From: a virus | Lineage: Duplodnaviria > Caudoviricetes | IMG/VR virus record: IMGVR_UViG_3300033066_001296 | Location: 1-64,000 of that record | Direction: 5' to 3' (one strand) | Length of the DNA: 64,000 nucleotides | Part shown: positions 18,304 through 28,153 of the stretch, in pieces | How the letters are laid out: every line of letters begins with the position of its first letter | Numbering within the stretch: position 1 is the first letter of the stretch | Notes under the pieces: model-generated | Seen by the model: the letters and a program-made list of their open reading frames with translations, nothing else | Databases searched by the model: none | Told to the model about the DNA's origin: nothing | Position numbers and translations under genes: made by a program

Positions 18304-19532
18304 CAGTTACTCTGGTGATACATAAAGAGGACTTTTTCGGTGTTCGCAAGTGCGCCGCCCGATGCAGATCGAACTTGTAGCCCGAAGCTAATATAGGGTT
18401 GTCCAATTGCAATAAGTGCCGTGTCTGAGAAGTTGGTCCAGCTCGCACCCGAAGCGTTCAGATTTGTTCTGAGCGTACTGTTTACCAAGCCTCCAAGTGG
18501 TTCTGACCAGAACTCCACAATTCTTGCAGTAGACCCCTGTGCATATGCTATACCCGTAACGGCTCCGCGACCTACGCCAGAGCCGTTGGAGATCTCGCCA
18601 CCAAACAGATAACAACTTACGTGGTATGAAGTACCTGCCGTAAGAACTTCTGCCGGGTTGAGGGCTGCAAAGATCTTCACACCGCCCGGAACGCTGTAGT
18701 TGGCAACTGCATGGGTTCCGAGCCCTCCCACTACACCAGGAACACTCAACATGGCTGACGCTGTGAAGCCCCCCTTGGGGAACAGCAAAGGTCTGTGATC
18801 TACAATCAGATCTTGTGAAACAGAAGCGAGCGTGCCTGCCGAGTTATCGAGGTTGATTCGCCCAATCTTGATGTAACCAGAGGTTGTGGCAGGTTCCGTT
18901 GCGGCAGTGATGTCACCTGTTGCCGCAACCCCTTGTTTGTAGGAGATCGCAGCGATAGACGAGGCTGGCGATGTAACGTTGCCCGTCAAACCCAGAAGAT
19001 CCCAAACAAGGCTCTTGTTCCTTGTGGCGGCATCGAAAACGCGCGTAGCCGTGTTGAAGATACCCACCGTGGCTGCTTCGGTGGCGGTGTACTGAGCTCT
19101 CACTTCGATGATATCGATGCGGGAGTCTCCAGAAGCAGGAATTGTTGGGATTGTGAAACCCTGCGCCGAGGACAGAAGAAGAGGAACGGAAAGACCTCCC
19201 GCCCCATCCCAATCTGCACCCGAGCAAGAATCGATGTCCGATGCGGAAGTTGGGCCTGCAATTGCAAGCCCAAACCCAGGCTTGATGGACACTCCCCAAG
19301 GGGTGTTTGCCGCATCCACCTCCACAAAGAACCCTGTTCCGTGGAACCCGTACCCACTCAGAAGAGAGTGTCGGTTTGCAAAAGAGCCCGAAAGGGCTGG
19401 CTTCGCAAACGTTGCGGAGAGCCCGCTTCGCAACGACTCCAAGATGCGCTCTTGCGCACGGTTAAGGTCGGTGCTTGTAGGTCTCTGGCGAAGGGGGACC
19501 AGCACCCGCTTGAAGAATTCACTAACAGCCAT
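18303..19532 (-). CDS. baseplate / tail fibre attachment protein
   Basis: Position after wedge genes; RIDIIEVR and GYIKIGRI motifs typical of fibre N-termini. Confidence 0.55.
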   Translation of the reverse strand: MAVSEFFKRVLVPLRQRPTSTDLNRAQERILESLRSGLSATFAKPALSGSFANRHSLLSGYGFHGTGFFVEVDAANTPWGVSIKPGFGLAIAGPTSASDIDSCSGADWDGAGGLSVPLLLSSAQGFTIPTIPASGDSRIDIIEVRAQYTATEAATVGIFNTATRVFDAATRNKSLVWDLLGLTGNVTSPASSIAAISYKQGVAATGDITAATEPATTSGYIKIGRINLDNSAGTLASVSQDLIVDHRPLLFPKGGFTASAMLSVPGVVGGLGTHAVANYSVPGGVKIFAALNPAEVLTAGTSYHVSCYLFGGEISNGSGVGRGAVTGIAYAQGSTARIVEFWSEPLGGLVNSTLRTNLNASGASWTNFSDTALIAIGQPYISFGLQVRSASGGALANTEKVLFMYHQSN

Positions 19533-19535
19533 GAA

Positions 19536-21062
19536 TCAATTCCGTTTCTGTTGTAGCCCAGCAACAATACCAGCAGCTCGAAGAGATGTCAGCAGATCCC
19601 ATACAGAATCTAGAAGAGCATCTTGCGCCACATCACGACCATCAAAGCACAGACCGAGATCCACACCCGTCCCAAACGTAGAGGAATCTACAAGATCATA
19701 AGCGGGGATTGCCCGCCTTCCCCCTGAGTTTGGGCTGATGAGCTGGTCCGCGGTTGTTGCAGGGTCGTCGTAACAACCCCCGTAGTCTTCGATGGGCTCG
19801 ATCTGGGAGATGTTCACGTAGAACGTGCCCCAAAGCTCCCGCTCATCCGAAACCCAATTGATCGCGGGGAACATCGTGGGGCGAGGGTCGTCATACGTGA
19901 ATACGTTCGAGCCCTCTCCCATGTCGTAAGCGGTCTCGAAGTCCAAGTCGAAAGGCTCCACAAACTCGAAGGTTGCGCGGTACGGTTCCAACAAGTTCTC
20001 GAGTGCCTTGCGAATTGCGACGGGTGTGATGTTCTCTGGAAGGTGTCGCAGCCTGTATGCAAGCGAGATCGCAGTTTCTCCGTTTGCAGCGGTGATCCCC
20101 CGCTCCACAGCAAGGAGCTCAAGCGAAGGGTCGCGACCTCCTGTTGTGCTTACAAGTTGCCTGACTTTGATGCTCGGATCTCCAAATGGAGGCTCTTCCA
20201 CAAGCACACGAATGGTATCAATCTCGCCAGGAAGAGTAATTCCACCATTTGTAACGACAGTTCCAGTAACGTTGTGTTGGTAGTTCTGGAATAGAGATCG
20301 TACGTTTGCGGATACGGGACCAAGATCCAGGGCTCCAAACACTGCATCATTGAGCGTACGGAAGAACCTTCCACCTTCTGCTTGTACGATGGTGCCTGCC
20401 TTTACAGTAACAGCACCATGTGCCGCAGTGCGGTAGAACTCCACAACACCTTCCGCAAAGCTCCCAAGCTGTGCGTAGGTGATGAAAGATCCCTCCGCAG
20501 TGTTCTTGATGGCCTCGGATGCCCTTGCATTGATCTTCGCAAATGCTTGCAGAAGCTCGTAACCCTCCCCTGCTTGTAGACCTTTCACATATTCAGGATC
20601 GAGAACCCTCTCTGCAAGTCTCAGATAGTAGGTCTGATCGTGCGCAGTGAATCCTGAATCGCTGTTAGGTGGAGGAGCGCCCGCTGCAAATTGTGGAATT
20701 GCAGTTGTAGGTGTTTCTACGATGGGGTTTTGTAGAGCATAGGACCAGTTTTGCGAGAGCTCTTCCGCAGATGTGTTGATCTGGTAGGCGTAAAGCTGCG
20801 GAGAGTCTGGCCAGACTGGATCTCTCAAAACGTTGAAACGAAAGCCGCCTGTAATGGCAGTTCTGGAAGACCTTCCGGCGTACCTCTCCGTAAAGGCTGA
20901 GCCGTCGTACACGACCTCTTCAAACTGAAGACCAGGGAATCTGGCAAACAGCATTGTGCGTTGAAGTGACGGAGAGGATGTCACCTCGTAGGACAGCACT
21001 TGAGTGCTCGGAATCGTTGTCGAAGCAGTGGGCGCGACGTTCGCAATAACTGGAACTGCCAT
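19536..21062 (-). CDS. baseplate wedge protein (second J-like subunit)
   Basis: TGATG-coupled to baseplate J; AEGVVEF...VTVKAGTIV...GGRDP J-like region. Confidence 0.6.
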   Translation of the reverse strand: MAVPVIANVAPTASTTIPSTQVLSYEVTSSPSLQRTMLFARFPGLQFEEVVYDGSAFTERYAGRSSRTAITGGFRFNVLRDPVWPDSPQLYAYQINTSAEELSQNWSYALQNPIVETPTTAIPQFAAGAPPPNSDSGFTAHDQTYYLRLAERVLDPEYVKGLQAGEGYELLQAFAKINARASEAIKNTAEGSFITYAQLGSFAEGVVEFYRTAAHGAVTVKAGTIVQAEGGRFFRTLNDAVFGALDLGPVSANVRSLFQNYQHNVTGTVVTNGGITLPGEIDTIRVLVEEPPFGDPSIKVRQLVSTTGGRDPSLELLAVERGITAANGETAISLAYRLRHLPENITPVAIRKALENLLEPYRATFEFVEPFDLDFETAYDMGEGSNVFTYDDPRPTMFPAINWVSDERELWGTFYVNISQIEPIEDYGGCYDDPATTADQLISPNSGGRRAIPAYDLVDSSTFGTGVDLGLCFDGRDVAQDALLDSVWDLLTSLRAAGIVAGLQQKRN

Positions 21063-22213
21063 CAGACAACTCGTGTGAAGGTAGTAGAAGTGCGAATCAC
21101 TTCGCCGGGAAGAGGCACCACATCGCCCGTGGGCGAGGCAAGCTCGTTGCCCGTGTAGTAAACACCCGATGTCGATTGGATAAGAGACCGAATTACGGAA
21201 GCTTGGAGCGTCTGTCCGGGCCTCAAAGAGTTTACATACTGAATCACACGAGCCAGCACAACGGTTTTTACTGCATCCTGATCCGCACCCGATAGGTACG
21301 CAAGGCTGATCTGGATGCTCTGGATGACGACCGTTCCGAATACAATCTGGGCACCGACACCCGCGGATCTCCACTCTTCCAACGTGGATTCGATCTGAGT
21401 CGCAATGTTTGCGCGTTGTGCTACGTAGGAAGCTGGGAGCGTAGTTGCAGTAACAAACTGCTCTGTGTAGCTATCCGCAACTACAATCTGCACATAGCCA
21501 ATCGGTCTGCCTAGTGTGTCGAGGTTCTCGAACACGTTACACTTCACAATGCCTGGGATTGAAAGCACAGCCTGCTCAATCGCAGACTTCGTGGCTCTAC
21601 GCTGCGAGAGGAAGTACCCTCTCGACCTTGTAACATAATCTGTGTCGCTCTCGCGGTCCTCTCCTCCGAACGTAGCTGCGGTGTTTGAAACCGTCATTCC
21701 AGAGGTGGGGGCACCTGTGATCGCTGCGAGGAGTGAGTTGATCGCACCGGGCTTGGCCTTTTGCTGAGCCCCTGCGAGCACAGACCGTACAGGTACGGAG
21801 ATGGACGTTGTGCCGATTGCAACGGATGCTGCGCCCACTGTGATGAACTGTACGCCGTCCGCAGTTGATAGCTGAGTTCCATCAGGAATGGTGAACGCTG
21901 ATGCAACCGCGGGAGAGAAACTGAATGTTACATATCCGAAGCTAGGCGCAGCTTGTTTGCGCACAAACCCAGGGTAACGATCCAAAATCAGCCGATCCAG
22001 AGCATCGTTACGTGCTGTACCAGAAAAGATATCCGCCTTGAACTGAGCGAGTTGCCCCATTGTGTCATCCGACATTGCAGCGGAAGCAGCAATGAGGATG
22101 TTCAGATCAGAGCCCTTGCGCTCAATCTCTTCCAGCGTAAGACGATCGTTACGGGAAAGCGCCTCGTCTCTCCCAACACGCCACAAATCTGAAAAGTTTG
22201 GAAGGTCGCTCAT
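21062..22213 (-). CDS. baseplate J-like wedge protein
   Basis: TARNDALDRL, IPDGTQLST, GGEDRESDTDY...RRATKSAIE motifs. Confidence 0.9.
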   Translation of the reverse strand: MSDLPNFSDLWRVGRDEALSRNDRLTLEEIERKGSDLNILIAASAAMSDDTMGQLAQFKADIFSGTARNDALDRLILDRYPGFVRKQAAPSFGYVTFSFSPAVASAFTIPDGTQLSTADGVQFITVGAASVAIGTTSISVPVRSVLAGAQQKAKPGAINSLLAAITGAPTSGMTVSNTAATFGGEDRESDTDYVTRSRGYFLSQRRATKSAIEQAVLSIPGIVKCNVFENLDTLGRPIGYVQIVVADSYTEQFVTATTLPASYVAQRANIATQIESTLEEWRSAGVGAQIVFGTVVIQSIQISLAYLSGADQDAVKTVVLARVIQYVNSLRPGQTLQASVIRSLIQSTSGVYYTGNELASPTGDVVPLPGEVIRTSTTFTRVV

Positions 22214-22977
22214 CTGTTGCTTGCTCCGAGAGATACTTCGGTTTCCCCAGAGTCCGTTTGGATCCTGGCTTTGATCGTCAATATTCCGCCAGCGAGGGTA
22301 AGGTTTGCAACTGCGCCCGTTACTCCAGGCTCTTTTCTGATCTCTTCCTCGATTGAGACCTTGAGGGAAGAGAGGGTGCTGATGCGAAGGGGCTCTTTGA
22401 TCTTCAGATCTTGTCCAAAGTCCGAAGGTGCAATGTGAAAGTAGGCACCGGGCATTGTGACCAGACGACGGATGACCATCTTACGGATCAGATCGTCACC
22501 GTACACGCGCACATAACCGCCCGCTTCGTTCGTTTTCAGACTTCCTCCGACAATCTCAGTCGAGGCAAGATCGAACGGGCGATAGCGATCCACGATGGCT
22601 TCTGCGGGCAACACTCCTCGGAACTCCGCATAGTACGGTGCGGAGATCAGAAGTCCGGTGGAAGATCTCAGCTCGGTAGCTGTAACTCTGTGCAGGTAGT
22701 TTACGCTGCTAAGGGGTGTTCTTAGAAAGAGCTGAAACCTGCGATCTGTAACTTGGAGAACTCCAACCACAGTGTAGGTAAGCCCTCCTGTAACGCGAGT
22801 CACAGCCCATGAACGAGGGTTGAGCGCATCCCCAGGTGCGAGAGGCGAAACAGCCCGCACCGTAGTTGAGGCGGTTACAAGTACGGAGTGTGTTGTAACA
22901 GCCGTTGCAGTTTGTAGGTAGAGCGAAGGATCTACCCCGAAGTAGTCGAGACCCCATGCCCCAATGCCATAGGTCAT
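22210..22977 (-). CDS. baseplate wedge gp25/GPW-like protein
   Basis: C-terminal IRKMVIRRLVT...IEEEIRKEPGV...IKARIQT; immediately upstream of J. Confidence 0.7.
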   Translation of the reverse strand: MTYGIGAWGLDYFGVDPSLYLQTATAVTTHSVLVTASTTVRAVSPLAPGDALNPRSWAVTRVTGGLTYTVVGVLQVTDRRFQLFLRTPLSSVNYLHRVTATELRSSTGLLISAPYYAEFRGVLPAEAIVDRYRPFDLASTEIVGGSLKTNEAGGYVRVYGDDLIRKMVIRRLVTMPGAYFHIAPSDFGQDLKIKEPLRISTLSSLKVSIEEEIRKEPGVTGAVANLTLAGGILTIKARIQTDSGETEVSLGASNR

Positions 22978-23198
22978 GTAATTGTTCCAGTTCCGGGTCC
23001 AGAAATCCCAACACCGGGCGTTACTGCCGACACAGAGGCGACTACAACCTGAGCATTTGCTTGGAAGTATTGGACGATGGAGTTACCCAACGCTCGAAAG
23101 ATGGCCTGCCGCTGAGCCTCGCCTGCAACGAGGCTTGTTGCAACCGCCGCGTCCACGTTGAGCTTGATAAAATCCCCCAGATCGTTACCGTTAAGCAT
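22974..23198 (-). CDS. small spike-associated protein
   Basis: 74 aa ending GISGPGTGTIT, located after the spike gene. Confidence 0.5.
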   Translation of the reverse strand: MLNGNDLGDFIKLNVDAAVATSLVAGEAQRQAIFRALGNSIVQYFQANAQVVVASVSAVTPGVGISGPGTGTIT

Positions 23199-23775
23199 TA
23201 GTCACCTGCTCCAACTCAAATCCCCATCTCTTTTTAGCGGACCTGTAACCAGTCTCCTTCTTATTGATCGAATGTTGCCTAATTGGACCTCCTACACTCT
23301 TCCATTTTTTACCCATAACAATGTCCGATATTGTTGAGGAGTGTACCATGAACTCAGAAGCCAAACTGTTCTGCAACTCTCCGCGGTTTGCGCGTTCTCT
23401 GATTGCAACAACATCTGTTGCTTTTAGTTTGCTGTGATTGGACTCTCCTCTCGGACGCGAGAGCGGTTTTGTTCTAGCGCCACTGAAATCTCCACAGGCT
23501 GTTCGACCTCTGACATTTCTGTCCGTCATGTTGTCTTTGTGAAGACCGACGTAAAGATGTTCTGGGTTACAGCAAGGAGGATTGTCACACTTGTGGAGAA
23601 CCATAAACCCGGTTAGAGATTTACTCAGGTGAATCTCATAGAAAACTCTATGTACCAGCTTGCATGAGCCTTTAACTCCTATTACACCATAACCCTTTTT
23701 GTTTTTGGCTCCAGACCAGATCCAACACTCAGTAGTTTTGTCCAATTTCGCCAAAATACGATCCTTTAGGTCCAT
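23191..23775 (-). CDS. free-standing HNH homing endonuclease with C-terminal HTH
   Basis: CWIWSG...YG...HR...VLHKCDNPPCCNPEHL...DN. Confidence 0.9.
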   Translation of the reverse strand: MDLKDRILAKLDKTTECWIWSGAKNKKGYGVIGVKGSCKLVHRVFYEIHLSKSLTGFMVLHKCDNPPCCNPEHLYVGLHKDNMTDRNVRGRTACGDFSGARTKPLSRPRGESNHSKLKATDVVAIRERANRGELQNSLASEFMVHSSTISDIVMGKKWKSVGGPIRQHSINKKETGYRSAKKRWGFELEQVTNA

Positions 23776-23780
23776 ATCTG

Positions 23781-23810
23781 ACTTTAACACAGCCTTGTAG
23801 GGTCAATCAA
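23781..23810 (-). promoter_or_regulatory. promoter for a near-leaderless HNH mRNA
   Basis: TTGATT-N18-TAAAGT with extended TG; 5 nt to ATG. Confidence 0.5.
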
Positions 23811-24436
23811 CTTTTCCTGGCAAAAACTTTACTGGATGTACTTCCAAGTGTCGTAAAAGTCATACCAGTAAATGTGTCGATACCAGAACCATGCACGATA
23901 CCATCGTTGATTCCATGTGAATCTGATCCAAGGTTCACAGATCCAGAGTTCACGATAAGGTTGCAGTTCCCTGCACCCTCAACCTTGATATCAACATTCG
24001 CACCTGCGGAAACCACGATCGTGGTTTTTGTTCCTGGCTTCGCACGAAGGATGACCTCTTCCTTCGGGCGGTACATTCCAGGCGCACCTTCTACTGGTGT
24101 TGTGCTTTGGAAGTCTGCATGAGGCTTATCTCCAGAGTTCCAACCACGAGAGATGACCCACGCACCTGCATCCGTGTCTCCATCAGGAATGGCAACAAGG
24201 ACAAGATCGTCCTCTTGAATGGGTGCATGGAATCCAAAGCCATCTCCGGCGTAGCCAGTTCCGACGAATGCAGTCACGGTTTGTTGCTCTGGAAGCAGCG
24301 ATACGTCTGCAAAGATCCCCTCATCAGGGTCCGCAACAACAGCGTCCACATGCGCAAGTTTGATCCAGTATCGGGTGTCAACCCCCGGCCCCCGTACAAA
24401 CTCCCGAACGTTTGATGGGTTTGCTTTTCTACCCAT
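23807..24436 (-). CDS. baseplate central spike (gpV/gp138-like OB fold)
   Basis: GFHAPIQEDDLVLVAIPDGD OB-fold motif; beta-helix-like C-terminus. Confidence 0.8.
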   Translation of the reverse strand: MGRKANPSNVREFVRGPGVDTRYWIKLAHVDAVVADPDEGIFADVSLLPEQQTVTAFVGTGYAGDGFGFHAPIQEDDLVLVAIPDGDTDAGAWVISRGWNSGDKPHADFQSTTPVEGAPGMYRPKEEVILRAKPGTKTTIVVSAGANVDIKVEGAGNCNLIVNSGSVNLGSDSHGINDGIVHGSGIDTFTGMTFTTLGSTSSKVFARKS

Positions 24437-26397
24437 TACCACCTCTGTCCAACGCGACGATAAATGTTCCCCATGTAATCTTCAACCGAACCATCCTCAC
24501 GATTTACGATCGCATCCGCATGTGTTTGAAGATTTTCTCCAGTTTCTTCAGGGCGTGAAGGCATCGCAGACCTTTCAGGTTGTACAGCCTGTTGAACTTG
24601 CTGTGTAGCGTGCCGTCCTCGCGCGTGATCCACGGGGTGATTCCTCCGAGCCTCTGCTTGACGTTCGCTGGCATTCTGATCCCAACGTGGTGTGAAGTAG
24701 TTCTGGATGTCTGCCTTGACCTCAATGGAATCATTGCTCCAATCAAAGTCAACGCTACCTACTCTGAAGTAGCGTAGCACGCCCATGATGTTACCCCGTG
24801 CAGATGCAACGATTGCTCTGCATAGGTTCTCATCGGAGAGGTAGCGCTGCACCTGTCGCACCGCTTCGGAGAATGGAAGTTGTGCAGTCTGGTTTAGTGT
24901 AGAAACAATTGGACTCTGAACCTGAAGACGAGAGGCATCCACAAGGAGCTCAAGCGCATCTCCAACTCTCAGTCGAAGAAGGTCTGGATCAGCATTCGTT
25001 CCTCCGAACGAAGTAAGCTTGGTGGTCGAGATCGAGCCCTTCATCTCGAGCCTTCCGAGCTGTTCGTAGAAGCTTCTTGCGATGTCTGTAAGTTGCTGAA
25101 TGTCTCGAACCCCGTGAACGGGAATGTTCAAAATCTCCTGAGACTCTTCACCACCCACTGCATTGCGTGGGTCTTTGGCACCCTCTCGGCGTGCTTCTCG
25201 CACCGTACGCGGAGGCCACGAAGCCTCAAGGAGCTGCTCCCTTCCCCGCCGTCCTGTGCCTGCGGAGGGGTCCACAGAGATGCATCGGACGGTCTTTGGC
25301 TTGTTGTGCCCCGCATACTTTCGTCCAAGGTCCATGGACTCAATGTCGCGACCCCAAACCATACGTCGAACATTCCAAGTTTCGGTTCCATTCGTTCTAC
25401 TTTCGTTAGGACGGAAAGGTGTTTCGATGTTCCTTAGACGATCAAATAGGGCATATCCTGGTCTGATGATCAGTTTACGACCGACAAACGTTGGAATGCC
25501 CCCTACAAGATACACGTAACGTGTTATCGCATCCCAAAAGTTCATGTTTGAGTGTGCACCACCTCCACCACCACCTTGACCATTTGCACCTCTGCGATGT
25601 CGAGGGATGTGAGATCCTTTTCCGGGCGAAGGAACAATCCCATTTGGCCACTCCGCGGGATAGATCACCACAGTTGGTCTGAGTTCAACCGGAAGTCTAC
25701 GAATCGTGTCGTGCTCGTAGAGGAGCTGCTCGACCACCTTGTTGATCGGAACGTCCGTGATCAGACGATCCAGAATGTGAGTTCTGCGACGACGTGCGGG
25801 CGTGTTCGAGGTGTGAGCTGCACCAGTTTGCGGGGTTGTTGAGTGCGCAGTTCTCTGAGGACGTGCGGTATCTCGCTCCGAAACGAGCGGAGAGTCCAAG
25901 AGGATTCCACGAAGGTCTCTGCCCTCAAGATGCACCTCAGAAGCACCTTCGTTGTGCTTCACGGACCAGTCATCCACCGGACCAATCATGACAAGGAATT
26001 CCTCGTTCATGGTCCCATCAGCCTTACGAGTCTGGAGAATGCTCCGACGAACACCGGGCCTTACTTCTCGGTTCATCCCATCCGCAAAGTCTGCTGCGGA
26101 GACTGTGCCGATGTAGATCTCGGCAGTTGCAGCGACTACGGTACGAGGATCAATAGGCAATTCGCGGTAGTCAAACACCAGCTTGTAGGTCGCCGCTTGG
26201 GTGTGACCCTGTAGCTGGATGTTGCACTTCACTGGAACCCTGTTGAGGATGAATGCTCCCGAGTTCTGCGTGCGAACGAGGTTCTGGTTCTCAAAGCCAT
26301 GAGCCTCTTCTGCACGGATGTACAGTTTAGGATCGATCGTGAGCTGAAGGTTCACAATACAAGACGGATACTGAACTAGCTCTGAATTTCCTGGCAT
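24436..26397 (-). CDS. baseplate hub protein (gp44/GPD-like)
   Basis: IGPVDDWSV...LEGRDLRGILLD; PDLLRLRVGDALE; position before the spike. Confidence 0.75.
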   Translation of the reverse strand: MPGNSELVQYPSCIVNLQLTIDPKLYIRAEEAHGFENQNLVRTQNSGAFILNRVPVKCNIQLQGHTQAATYKLVFDYRELPIDPRTVVAATAEIYIGTVSAADFADGMNREVRPGVRRSILQTRKADGTMNEEFLVMIGPVDDWSVKHNEGASEVHLEGRDLRGILLDSPLVSERDTARPQRTAHSTTPQTGAAHTSNTPARRRRTHILDRLITDVPINKVVEQLLYEHDTIRRLPVELRPTVVIYPAEWPNGIVPSPGKGSHIPRHRRGANGQGGGGGGAHSNMNFWDAITRYVYLVGGIPTFVGRKLIIRPGYALFDRLRNIETPFRPNESRTNGTETWNVRRMVWGRDIESMDLGRKYAGHNKPKTVRCISVDPSAGTGRRGREQLLEASWPPRTVREARREGAKDPRNAVGGEESQEILNIPVHGVRDIQQLTDIARSFYEQLGRLEMKGSISTTKLTSFGGTNADPDLLRLRVGDALELLVDASRLQVQSPIVSTLNQTAQLPFSEAVRQVQRYLSDENLCRAIVASARGNIMGVLRYFRVGSVDFDWSNDSIEVKADIQNYFTPRWDQNASERQAEARRNHPVDHARGRHATQQVQQAVQPERSAMPSRPEETGENLQTHADAIVNREDGSVEDYMGNIYRRVGQRW

Positions 26398-26876
26398 GTA
26401 AGCCACCCCCATTTTCTACCGCTGTGTATCGCGTAAATTGTCTGCCAACTTACGTTGTACAACTTTGCTATATCTCTCATGTCGCTGAGTTTGTGACCTT
26501 CCAGTAGTTTATCTTTTATTTCTATAACTTGAGCCTCATTCAGCTTAGATGTGCCGTTTTTCACTCCCCTGCAAGTGCGATTTCTGTTTATTTTGTCTTG
26601 TTCATTGTCATGCTGATTGCCAGCATACAGGTGATCGGGGCGCACGCAACTTCCGTTATCACAGGTATGGAGTATCCACTTACCGGGTGGGATTGCTCCA
26701 TGCGTAATCAGGTAAGCATATCGGTGAGCTTGTATTCTTCTGCCTTTGAAGAAAAACTGTCCATGACCATGATGCAGTTTAGATCTTTTCCATGTCCAGC
26801 ACCCTGATTCATCTTTTGTAACCCCATCCCAGAAATGTTTTTGGTAAAGCTCGTCACTCAGATGTGGCCTTGACAT
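26376..26876 (-). CDS. free-standing HNH homing endonuclease
   Basis: CWTWK...HG...HRYAY...ILHTCDNGSCVRPDHL...DN. Confidence 0.9.
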   Translation of the reverse strand: MSRPHLSDELYQKHFWDGVTKDESGCWTWKRSKLHHGHGQFFFKGRRIQAHRYAYLITHGAIPPGKWILHTCDNGSCVRPDHLYAGNQHDNEQDKINRNRTCRGVKNGTSKLNEAQVIEIKDKLLEGHKLSDMRDIAKLYNVSWQTIYAIHSGRKWGWLTCQEIQS

Positions 26877-26883
26877 GAAAATT

Positions 26884-26913
26884 ACTTTACCCAACGAATA
26901 CACGCTATGTCAA
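26884..26913 (-). promoter_or_regulatory. promoter for a leaderless HNH mRNA
   Basis: TTGACA-N18-TAAAGT; 7 nt to ATG. Confidence 0.65.
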
Positions 26914-26944
26914 GGGTAGTGAACCAGTTCGTTCGAGGTTGGCA

Positions 26945-28141
26945 TCAGATGATCTCCTCGTTTACACGATCCAGGCGAGGGATTGCAATGGTTTGACCCG
27001 CGTAGAGCTCTGGGCTCGAAAGACCGTTGTAGATCATGATGGCTCTCCATTCGTACGGAGTGCCGAAGTAGAGCTGGCTCACATCGCGAAGGTCTTCACC
27101 TTCTCGCGCCTTGTAGGTTCCAAGCGTATCGCTCGTGGACGAAGACATGGCTCGCTGGTGTGCAAGTGCAGCGTCTCTCAAACGACGAGCATCTGTGATG
27201 AGCTCCCGCTCGTAAAGCTGTGCCTTGAACACTTGTTCAGGGTCGATCGAATCGAGCCAGTTCTGGCGAGCTTGTTCCCAAGGAGAAGCTGCCAGATCAT
27301 CAAAGTCTGGCATGACGCCGACAAAGCCCTGAGCCTGGATCTTCTCCGACACGGTATCCGCGATGTTACGAATCGATCCAATTGCAGCGAGGATTCCCCC
27401 CGATAGCTGGCTTGGAGAAACCGAATCAATCGTGCCCGATACGGACTCATCAATGTCATACGTGAACTGTGCAACCGCAGCAATGTTGTTGCGCAAGTCT
27501 GTCATGAAGTCATTCGAGAGCCTTCGTGGTGCATCAATTGCACGCGCAAGCTTCGCGAGCTTATCCCGCAGCGAGGATCCGATCTCACGCTGCCCCGCAG
27601 GGGGTCCAAAGAGGGGAGAGGTTTCTACACGAGACTTCGATGTCCAAACGAAGGACATCGACCATTCGCAGTCATGGATGTTGTGCCACTTGTGTGTGAA
27701 CTTCTTCATCACACCACGACGCACCACATAACCCCACGAAACCTCGAGGACTTGACCTTCCGATCGGATGGAGTCGAAGAGTGCTACAGCATCCGCCACT
27801 GACGTGACAGGTGTAGCTTCTCCAAGCTGAGCTCCATTCCTGCGACTGTACAGGTTGATGGGTGCAGTTTCTCCGGTGTTGTAGCCGAGATACTTATCCT
27901 TCCAGAACCCATCGATCGTTGTTTCTCCCTCTGTTGGACCTTGCACCGTTGCAAAACCGTGAGGGTTTCCTGCGGGAAACGTCACCTTGACGCGCTGCTC
28001 GCCTTCCCAGGTGATCGGACCATACGGCTTGGCTCGCTCCGTCAGCCAGACGGTGCGCTTTCTTCCAGAAAGCTCCTGAATCTTGAAGCCAGGAACCTCA
28101 GAAACCTGAGCAAGTGATCGTGTAGTAGGTGTGAAGGGCAT
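26945..28141 (-). CDS. tail tube initiator with C-terminal LysM domain
   Basis: YKAREGEDLRDVSQLYFGTPYEWRAIMIYNGL...GQTIAIP; follows the tape measure gene. Confidence 0.8.
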   Translation of the reverse strand: MPFTPTTRSLAQVSEVPGFKIQELSGRKRTVWLTERAKPYGPITWEGEQRVKVTFPAGNPHGFATVQGPTEGETTIDGFWKDKYLGYNTGETAPINLYSRRNGAQLGEATPVTSVADAVALFDSIRSEGQVLEVSWGYVVRRGVMKKFTHKWHNIHDCEWSMSFVWTSKSRVETSPLFGPPAGQREIGSSLRDKLAKLARAIDAPRRLSNDFMTDLRNNIAAVAQFTYDIDESVSGTIDSVSPSQLSGGILAAIGSIRNIADTVSEKIQAQGFVGVMPDFDDLAASPWEQARQNWLDSIDPEQVFKAQLYERELITDARRLRDAALAHQRAMSSSTSDTLGTYKAREGEDLRDVSQLYFGTPYEWRAIMIYNGLSSPELYAGQTIAIPRLDRVNEEII

Positions 28142-28153
28142 GTGCAGATCCTA

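Noticed and set aside
19536-21374. 612-aa version of the wedge gene (likewise the longer starts listed for 15154, 15572, 43840, 47902 and 49122)
   Set aside because: The extensions overlap the upstream gene; internal starts with stop-start coupling fit better
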